A DNA stretch of 64,000 bases from an uncultured delta proteobacterium (GTDB lineage Bacteria > Myxococcota_A > Polyangia > Fen-1088): positions 1,728,001 to 1,792,000 of the forward strand of contig CAVYGB010000010.1 in assembly GCA_963767925.1 (NCBI GenBank). Reading direction: 5' to 3'. Under the pieces are notes generated by a model. It was not told where the DNA came from, did not search any database, and saw nothing but the letters and a program-made list of their open reading frames with translations. Every line of letters begins with the position of its first letter. The stretch's first letter is position 1. This document shows positions 44,144 to 52,046 of the stretch, piece after piece. The position numbers and the translations under genes were made by a program.

Positions 44144-45086
44144 CCCGCCGACATCGCGCGGCTCAACGCTGGAAGGCAGATGTCCCGGCGAGTGCGGCCC
44201 AGAGCAAGGCGGCCATGACCTCTGCCTGCGACGCTGGTGTGCCTGCTGGCGGTACCCTTTTCATTCCTGGGGTTCTGGCGGAGCGCGCTCTCGGATGTGC
44301 GATCGCTTGTGCGCCGCCCGGTCGTGCTGGTCGCCGCGCTGGCGGGGGCGAGCGCGCTGGCGCTGGCGCTGGGCTCGATGGCCCTGCTTTCCAGCCGAGC
44401 GACGGCGCGCGTGGCCGGCCGTGTGGTGCCTCACGCCATTGGCAAGCTCGACCTGACAAGGGCGCCCGACCGCGAGCTCCTCCAGCACTGGCACCGCTCC
44501 GCCAAACGGGTCCCCCTGCCGGCGGACGTGGCCGGGCAGAGCCGGGGGGTCCGATGGGAGTCCGGTGAAGGTCATCAAGTTCAACGACTATGGCTGTGGA
44601 CACTGCCTCGCGACCGCCCGGGCTTATGCGCCGGTTTTCGCCCGCCTGCAGGCCGAGTTTCCCGGCGCGGTAACGTTTGAGCAGCGGGAGTACCCCGGCG
44701 AGGCGGCCTGCAATCCGAGGCTGGCCGGTCTGGGCCGGCCAGGCGCCTGTGAAGCAGCCCTGCTCTCTTACGCCGCTATGGCCCGCGGTCGCAAGGAGGC
44801 GTTCGCACGCTGGCTCTATGCCAATCCGACGGCAAACCCACGGTCGGTGCAACAGGCCTTCGCCGAGATCGTCGGGCCGCTGCCCGATGCTGCCCTCAGG
44901 GCGAACCTGGGCGAGCGGCTGGAGGAGGACGTGGTCCTGGCAGAGAGACTCGGCGTGGATGCGACGCCGGTCTTCTGGATCAACGGTGTCCTGGTGAACG
45001 CGCTGCCGGCCCACGTCTTCGAAGCGCTGCTCCGGCTTGAGCTTCGAGACCAGCGGGCGCTATCCTTGGCGGGACGGGGACGATGA
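44140..45086 (+). pseudogene. membrane-anchored DsbA/thioredoxin-fold oxidoreductase (VKOR-DsbA-like, N-terminal part disrupted)
   Basis: VIKFNDYGCGHC, YP..AACNP, ACEAA, LGVDATPVFWING; upstream TM remnant in another frame. Confidence 0.75.
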
Positions 45087-45766
45087 CGTCGCTGAGAATA
45101 CACTTGCTTGTAGGGGTGAGCGTGCTGGCTGCCACGCTGGCGTGCAAGGGCATCCTGGACCGTCGCGAGCTGGGTCGGGTGCAAGACCGCCGGGCGGCGC
45201 TGGTGTCGGATCCCGACTGCGGGCTGCCCGCTGCGCGCCCGGCGCGGGACCGTCCGGCAGCGTCCCCCGGGGTGCCCGTTCCGCCGCCCACCGCGGCGCC
45301 CGCTCCGCTCCCCGCCGCGTCGCCCGTACCCGCCCCGGCGCCGGGCGCGCCGTCGGCGCCCACCGCGGCGGGAGGACCGCGGGCAGCACAGCCGCCGCCG
45401 GTCGACCTGGACGGAATGGCCGCCGGTCTGGGGCTGCGCCCCCAGGAGGTCCAGCAGATCTCGCAGATCCTGCAGCAGCGGGGATCCGCGCTGGCCGGGG
45501 CAATATCGGACGCTCGCGGACGTGCACCCGCGGCCGACGCGAAGACGGCCGAGCTGGACGTCATGCTGGCCGGGATCAAGGTGACCTTGGAGGCAGAGCG
45601 AGAGTACGTCGCCGTGCTCGGCCCGGAGCGCGCCGTGCAGGCGGAGCGCCTGGGCTTCGATCTCGGCCGGGAGCTGGCACACACGCAGAAAGAGGCGCTC
45701 GACCGCGCGTTTGCTCCCGCCGCCTCCGACCCGCCCGCGGGCAACGTTGGAGGACCCCCGCGATGA
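45083..45766 (+). CDS. hypothetical lipoprotein (Pro/Ala linker, helical C-term)
   Basis: Lipobox TLAC; ATGA overlaps at both ends. Confidence 0.65.
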   Translation: MTSLRIHLLVGVSVLAATLACKGILDRRELGRVQDRRAALVSDPDCGLPAARPARDRPAASPGVPVPPPTAAPAPLPAASPVPAPAPGAPSAPTAAGGPRAAQPPPVDLDGMAAGLGLRPQEVQQISQILQQRGSALAGAISDARGRAPAADAKTAELDVMLAGIKVTLEAEREYVAVLGPERAVQAERLGFDLGRELAHTQKEALDRAFAPAASDPPAGNVGGPPR

Positions 45767-46380
45767 AGCTGTTGACCGCGATCCTGTGTGGCATGGTCGG
45801 CTGGGCGCTGGGCGCGCTCCTGACGCGCAACCAGCTCGCGCAGGAGACGGGCCAGCTCGTCCAGCTCGAAAGAACGTGCGGCCCGGCGGGTTCCGACGAA
45901 GAGTGGCCGCTTCAGCAGCCGGCGGCGCCCCGGGCGGCGCCGCCCCGGTTCCGGGCAGGCCCGCCGCTTCCCCGGCGCGCGATGGACCCCGCCGAGGCAC
46001 GCTTTCGGGGCGATCGCCGCCACGCCGAGACCCGGAGCCGGCAACTGGAGGGATTCCTGGCCCAGGCGAATCTGGATCCGGTGGTCGAGAACCAGATCCG
46101 AGAGCTGCGGAGCTGGCTAAACACGGAGATGGTGCGCGTGGTGGACGAAACCCAAAATCGGCTGCAGCGCGGACCGCAGCCGGTACCGGAGCGGCTGCGC
46201 CGGCTAGAGCTGTCGCTGGCGACCACCGGCGTGCTGGCCCAGACCGCGCGCCGGTTCTCGGAGCTGGTGAGCAGCGAGAAGCTCGCGCTTGCCCGCGAGA
46301 TGAGCTTCGACATCACCTCCCAGCTCGACCCCCAGGCCCGCGACCGGTGGATGCTGGTGCTCGGCGGCCGCTCCTTCTGA
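45763..46380 (+). CDS. hypothetical exported helical protein
   Basis: MKLLTAILCGMVGWALGALL signal/anchor; translationally coupled. Confidence 0.65.
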   Translation: MKLLTAILCGMVGWALGALLTRNQLAQETGQLVQLERTCGPAGSDEEWPLQQPAAPRAAPPRFRAGPPLPRRAMDPAEARFRGDRRHAETRSRQLEGFLAQANLDPVVENQIRELRSWLNTEMVRVVDETQNRLQRGPQPVPERLRRLELSLATTGVLAQTARRFSELVSSEKLALAREMSFDITSQLDPQARDRWMLVLGGRSF

Positions 46381-46390
46381 GCGGCCGCCT

Positions 46391-46845
46391 TCAACCGCCG
46401 CGGTCAGATCTTCGGCGCGCGGGCGGCGAGGTCGGCGCGCCGGGCGGCGAGCAGCTCGGCGCCGATGAGGGCCCGGGAAAAAATGGACGGAGGGGCCGCC
46501 GCGGACGGTGATCTCGAGGAAGGCGTCGATGTCGCCCCGGAAGGCCCACCAGGGACGCTCCACCGAGACGATTTCGCCCGAGCGGGATGCGCCGCTGGCG
46601 CGGGCCGCTGCCGCCCACCTCCAGCTGATCGCCCTCCAACACGACCGGGCGCGTGCGCCAGAAGATCCAGAACAGGATCGCCAGCATGAGCACCATCACC
46701 GACAGGACGATCAGCCCCACCGGGTCGATCCCGGGTTCCTTCGCCGCAAGGATCGCGATGTGGGGGAAGATGAGCGCGACCAGCACGGAGGCTGCGCGCA
46801 CCCCCAGTGCAGGCCCACGCTGTGCAGACGCTCGCGCTCAGCCAT
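46391..46845 (-). pseudogene. hypothetical membrane protein, frameshifted
   Basis: TM VGLIVLSVMVLMLAILFWIFW followed by beta-rich segment that continues in another frame. Confidence 0.4.
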
Positions 46846-47132
46846 GCAGGCGGCCTCCCATCCGCAGGCGTTCGAGCTCCCCCTCCATCTCGTCGGCGAG
46901 CGCGAGGCCCAGGCCCACGGTGCGCAGGGCCCGACGGCTCTCGGGCCCCTCGTCCGGGCCCTGGGCGGCGATCAGGAAGCGGTGGGCTGTCCCCCAGCGG
47001 TGAAGGCGTGCACCGTGATGACGGAGAGGCGGCCGCTGGCCGCCTCGACCGCTCGGCGACCGCACCGTTGCGGGAGTTGAAGCGGTTCAGGCGAGCCCCC
47101 GCCCCTAAGAGTGAGCCGCTGAAACCTGTGAA

Positions 47133-47932
47133 TTACGCACGAGAGGCAGCGTTGAAGGCAATCAGCGCACAGGCGAGCCGAACGAAGGCTAAGTAATTCT
47201 CGGCTTTGCGTTCCCAGCGAATGAGAAGACCTCGATATCGGTTGTGCCAGCTGTTGGTGCGCTCGACCACCCAGCGTCGCGGCCTACCGTGAACACAGCC
47301 GACCAGTGGTGGTTCGCCTCGCCGGCGGATGTGAGGAACGATTCGACGGCGGCGAACCTCCTGCTCACAGTCGGCGTAGTCGTAGCCTTTGTCGAGGCAC
47401 AAGTTCTTGGGGCGACGTGGACCACGAGGGCCCCGCAGGACCATGGCATCCAGGGTCTGGCCCACCATCCACTTGTCGTGCACGTTCGCCCCTGTGATGG
47501 TGACGGCCAGGGGCACGCCGTCGGCGTCGGTCAGGATGTGGCGCTTGGTCCCGAGTTTGGCCCGATCGGTCGGACTGGGGCCGGTGAGGTCCCCCCTTTT
47601 GGTGCCTTGACAGTGGCGCTGTCGAGCGAGCACCAGCTCAGGTCGACGCCAACATGCTGGTCGTAGTAGAGGACCATCTCCACGTGCATCATGTGGAACA
47701 CGCCCGCCGCTCGCCACTGCTGGAACCGCTGGTAGCACACGCTGCCGCTGCCGAACTCGCGGGGGATGGCATCCCATTGGCACCCGGTCTTGAGCTTGTA
47801 GACGATTCCGGACATGACCTTGCGGTTGTCGTTCGGCGGTCGGCCGCCTTTGGGACTGCGTGCTCGCTTGGGAATCCAAACGCGCGTGCGCTCCCAAACC
47901 TCTTCGGGGATGTCTTCGAATTGTGCCGTCAT
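47133..47932 (-). CDS. IS5-family DDE transposase, orfA/orfB joined by -1 frameshift at AAAAGGGGGG (47591-47600)
   Basis: GGRP, TGCQW..IP..FG, SLDS, KRHILTDADGVPL, GANVHD, LDKGYD, RWVVERTNSW. Confidence 0.93.
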
Positions 47933-48077
47933 GGACAGTAGAGATCACGACCTGACGGGCTCGGCAAATTTTCGCTTGAATTGGCACTCGCGCACCGTCG
48001 GTTGCAGCCACTGCGATGTCCCGGTCGCTGGTCTGGTCGGGCGCAACCAAGCCCCAACCGCCGCCGATAACCTGGTC

Positions 48078-48448
48078 ATGTCGCCGGGGCCCCGCACCTT
48101 TGACCATCATCGGCTCGACGCTTTCTGCGTGGCCCGCGATGCTCTACGCTTGGGCGACGCTCTTGCGCGGAGAATGCCACGCGGGTATGCGACGTTGCAG
48201 GACCAGCTTCGGCGCGCTGTTGTCGGCATACCTGGGCATCGCCGAGGCATCTAAGCCGAACGGGCGCCGACAGGATCTCACGGTTCCGCACCGCCAGAGG
48301 CGAAGCGTCCGAGGCGGCAGCCGCCTTGGAGGCGGTTGCAATCCTGGGACTTGCTCCCGATACCGAGATCGAAGCGGTGATGTCTCTGCTCGACCGGCTG
48401 TGCGCGATGCTCACTCGGCTCGCCGGCATGCACCGCCACCAACCCTGA
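48078..48448 (+). pseudogene. four-helix-bundle protein (23S rRNA IVP/bAvd-like), two frameshifts
   Basis: Reconstructed FDHHRLDAF...LQDQLRRA(L)LSAYLGIAEASSR...RFRTARGEASEAAAALE...LLDRLCAMLTRL. Confidence 0.8.
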
Positions 48449-48470
48449 TGACTGCCGCGGCTGTCGTGGT

Positions 48471-48641
48471 CGTGCTCGTGTGCGAGCGCGTGTTCGAGTT
48501 CGTGTCCGTGTGTGGTGAGCGTGTTCGGCCCGCGGGCCTCGGCTCGCGTGATTTACGCGCACCGAGAGCCGCCTGGCCGCTCAACGCTCGCCCCACACGA
48601 ACTCGAACTCGAACACGCGCTCGAACACGCCCACGAGCACG
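48471..48641 (+). other. ~170-nt rod-like hairpin downstream of the four-helix-bundle gene
   Basis: CGTGCTCGTG/CACGAGCACG, CGAGCGCGTGTTCGAGTTCG/CGAACTCGAACACGCGCTCG and inner stems; G.U pairs on + strand. Confidence 0.8.
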
Positions 48642-48710
48642 CGTCCCGGCCTCGATACCTCGTTTCGCCCATCGGCGCAAATTCTCCACAGGTTTCAGCG
48701 GCTGGCTCTA

Positions 48711-49112
48711 AGTGCGCCGGGCGGCGATGGGCCGCCCCCGCTTCACCGCTGCGGGGCGGGGCAGCTCGGCGAGCTGATCCGCAGCGGAGCGGTGTCCTGC
48801 CGGGAGGTGGTGGAGGCGCACCTGGCGGGGATCGAGGAGGTGGACTGGTACCTCGGCGCGGTGACGGTCTCGCTGCGGGAGGCGGCCCTCGCGGCGGCGG
48901 ATGCGGCCGACCGGCGCGGCGGGCCGGGGCCCTGGCGGGGCGTGCCGTTCACGGCGAAAGAGAACCTCGACTGCCTCGGCAGCGCCACCACCCACGGCCT
49001 GCCGGTCCTGCGAGACGCCCTGCCCTGCGCCGACGCGCCGGCGGTGGCCCGCCGCCGGGGCGATCAGCGAGGCGGCCCTGCCGGTGCCTCCGCCCTTCCA
49101 TCCCGTGCATGA
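48711..49112 (+). pseudogene. amidase (GatA/amidase-signature family) N-terminal fragment
   Basis: GELIRSGAVSCREVVEAHL, GVPFTAKENLD..G..TTHG, DAPAVAR; truncated afterwards. Confidence 0.8.
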
Positions 49113-49180
49113 GCGGGGCGGGATGGGGACGGGCCGGCGCAAAGAGGCGGGCCCGGTCGGTTGATGAGCCGAGACCCCAT

Positions 49181-49634
49181 TCACTCCCGCGTGGTGAGGA
49201 GCCGCCCGCCCGAACCCCGTACCGCTGGTTGCGCCCGGCCTGCGCGCGGTCGAAGGACGGCCGGGGCAGAGGGGTCCCCCGTCAGGAGCGAGACCATCCG
49301 TGGCTGGTGGTCGGACGCCGAATATCCGGCCGGGTCGACCACGAATCGAAGGGTTCCCGCGACCTCGACCTCATCGCCGGGGGACACGACCTCTTCGCTG
49401 TAGATCCAGGCTTTCGAGTCCGTCGAATCGCCAGGTTCGAGGGGCACCGGAACCTCTTGCCTCAAGATCCGCGGCGGGTGCGGGAGCATGACCAGCTCGG
49501 TTGTGAGGACGCGGACACTCTCTCCGGTCGAGAGCACCACATCGAAGTCCACCGCGTGCAACTCCCAGTGAGGCCGCTGCAGCCACCGGGGGCGGTCTCG
49601 CCTGCCACGGCTCCCGATGTAGCGCGCCACGAGA
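49181..49634 (-). pseudogene. hypothetical protein, 5' end replaced by the duplicated IS end
   Basis: Globular-looking segment (EEVVSPGDEVEVAGTL) whose frame runs into the repeat at 49635. Confidence 0.45.
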
Positions 49635-50043
49635 CCGAGGCGGCAGCCGCCTTGGAGCCGGTTGCAATCCTGGGACTTGCTCCCGATACCGAGATCGAAG
49701 CGGTGATGTCTCTGCTCGACCGGCTGTGCGCGATGCTCACTCGGCTCGCCGGCATGCACCGCCACCAACCCTGATGACTGCCGCGGCTGTCGTGGTCGTG
49801 CTCGTGTGCGAGCGCGTGTTCGAGTTCGTGTCCGTGTGTGGTGAGCGTGTTCGGCCCGCGGGCCTCGGCTCGCGTGATTTACGCGCACCGAGAGCCGCCT
49901 GGCCGCTCAACGCTCGCCCCACACGAACTCGAACACGAACACGAACACGGGCTCGAACACGCCCACGAGCACGCGTCCCGGCCTCGACACCTCGTTTCGC
50001 CCATCGGCGCAAATTCTCCACAGGTTTCAGCGGCTGGCTCTAA
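49635..50043 (+). mobile_element. second, partial copy of the IS right-hand end (four-helix-bundle 3' part, hairpin, IR, TAA)
   Basis: Near-identical to 48309-48711 with a few substitutions and one extra 6-bp unit; IR at 50019-50040. Confidence 0.92.
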
Positions 50044-50090
50044 GACACTTGACGTGGTCACGATTGGCCGGCCGACGTCACATCCGAGGG

Positions 50091-51562
50091 TCAGTTGATG
50101 AGCTGGGTGCCGCAGCCGAAGACCAGGTCGATCTTGCCGCCTTGTTCGGTCTTGAAGCGGCGGCAGGTGGCGTCGCAGACCAGGATGCGGGTGGGGGCGC
50201 CTGCGGCGGGGAGGGTGTCGTAGTACCAGCCGCCGCGGGTGGGGTCGCAGCGATCGGCGCGCTCGACGTAGGGGATGTTCTCGGGGCCGGCGCCGCTGGT
50301 GTAGCGGACGTTGACCTTGGCGAAGTCGATGCGGCCGGCGGTGGGGCTGGGGATCTGGTACTCGCAGGCCAGGGCGGCGCCGCGGATCTGGTTGAGGGCC
50401 TCCTGCAGGCGCATGGTGAGGTCGTCGTTGGCCGCCAGCACGAAGGCGCGGGTGCTGCCGCCGGCCATCGCCAGGCGATCGAGCTGCACCTGGGAGGTCA
50501 TGATCTCGGTCGGCGCGAACACGCCGATCACGTAGGTTGGGATCGACGGCGGGCCGGTGAAGGCGGCCCCCAGGTCGGCGGCGACGGTGGGGATGTCGTT
50601 CATCAGGCAGGTGCCGGAGGGCAGACCATCGCTGGCCAGCACCAGCGCGCCCTTGCGCCCGGGGTTGGCGGCCAGGTGGGCTCGCAGGGTTGCGAGGGCG
50701 CCGCGCACGCCCGGGCCCATGGGGGTGGCCCCGGCGGGAATGGCGGCGTTGAGCTCGCGGAGCAGCGGCTCCTGCGCGCCCGGCAAGGCGCCGATGGCAC
50801 CTGGGGCTGAGCGTGCAGATCCGCCTCGCACTCGGCGTCGCTAGCGAGGACGTTGGGCGCGCAGGTGCGACGGGCAGGCATGCAGGCACCTCCCCCGCCG
50901 GGGCAGCCCTGCCCGAGGTTGGTGCAGTCGGCGCCGCTACCGGCGCAAACCCCCGCCGGCACACACATGGCGCCCGCTGGGCAGCTACTGCCGCTGCTGC
51001 CGCCGATGATGATCGGGTCCGGATCGCCGCAACCGAGTGGCGGCGAGGGGGCGTTGGCCCCGGCGCACACGCTGCGGGCCGCGCAGAAAAGGCCGGTCCC
51101 GCGCAGGCCCGGAATGCAGTCGGCGTCGGTTGTGCACGGCCGGGGCGCGGGGAAAAACTGGAGGCCGACGCCGAGGCCGGCCGAGCTGGGATCGCGGAGG
51201 AAGGCGCCGAGTGCGGTCTGGGCGGTGGCCCACTTGGTCCGCGCCCCTGCGGGGCCTTCCATCGAACGGGAGGCGTCGACGAGCAGGAGGAGGTCGAGGG
51301 GCACCACCTCGGCCCGGTGGGCCTCCTCGGCGCACTGGCGGTCGGGGGCGGGGGCGCGCGGCGGGGGCGCGAGGGCGCCGGCGTCGGGCAAGGTGAAGCT
51401 GGGCACGATCCCCGGCCCGCCGGGCAGGCCGCCGCGGATGGGGCCCTCGCCCGAGCCGGACAGGGTCGTCACCTCGGCCTTGCCGCAACCGACGACCAGG
51501 GTGGCCAGGCCGGCCGCGATCACCGCAAACGAAGACAACCGCAAGCGCGAACAAAGGTCCAT
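50091..51562 (-). CDS. myxobacterial vWA-domain lipoprotein, frameshift near 50810
   Basis: Lipobox VVGC, LLVDASRSM (MIDAS DxSxS), GATP, VLASDG, YVIGV, GGWYYD. Confidence 0.85.
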
Positions 51563-51874
51563 GTAGCTCTCCTTCGGACCACGCAGATGCCCGTCGAGAC
51601 CACAGACAGCACAAGCCAGGAAAAGGAAAACCCGGCGGCCAGGGCGGGGCGGGAGACCGGACGGCGGAAGCGGGAGGCAGGCGGCCGGATTAAGTCAGGG
51701 TGCAGCTCGGGTGCGGGAGGCTTCACCGGCGGCGGTGAAGATTGCGCAGGCGCGGCCACGGCAGCCGCCACGGAAGTGGGTTTTTCGACCCTAACCCGCT
51801 GGCATCCGCCCTGCAAGGTGGGGCGGCGATGGGACAGCCGTTTCAGGTTCACGGGGTATCCGGCAGGCCGGCTT

Positions 51875-52046
51875 CCGGAGCCTCGCGCTCCGAGGTCGCG
51901 CGTTCCGGGGTCCCGCGTTCCAAAGCTTCGGGCTCCGGGATCCCGCGCCCCGAGGTCCCGCCCTCCGGAGCCTCGGTCACCGCGGTCTCGCTTTCCGGAG
52001 CCTCGCTCTCCGCGGTCCGGCCTTCCGATGTCTCGCGTCCGGAGCC
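51875..52046 (+). repeat. degenerate 15-bp tandem repeat (P-x-S/P-R-x pentapeptides)
   Basis: PEPRA PRSRV PGSRV PKLRA PGSRA PRSRP PEPRS PRSRF PEPRS. Confidence 0.65.

Larger units (their letters stand above)
47109..48708 (-). mobile_element. IS5-family element (IS427/IS1031-like) carrying a passenger cassette
   Basis: 22-bp IRs GAGTGAGCCGCTGAAACCTGTG (47109-47130) and CACAGGTTTCAGCGGCTGGCTC (48687-48708), 20/22 match; flanking TAA at 47106-47108 and 48709-48711. Confidence 0.9.

Noticed and set aside
48078..50043. Diversity-generating retroelement (bAvd-like gene plus repeated segment as TR/VR)
   Set aside because: No reverse transcriptase in the window; the copies differ at few sites with no adenine-specific pattern; the repeat ends exactly at the IS IR
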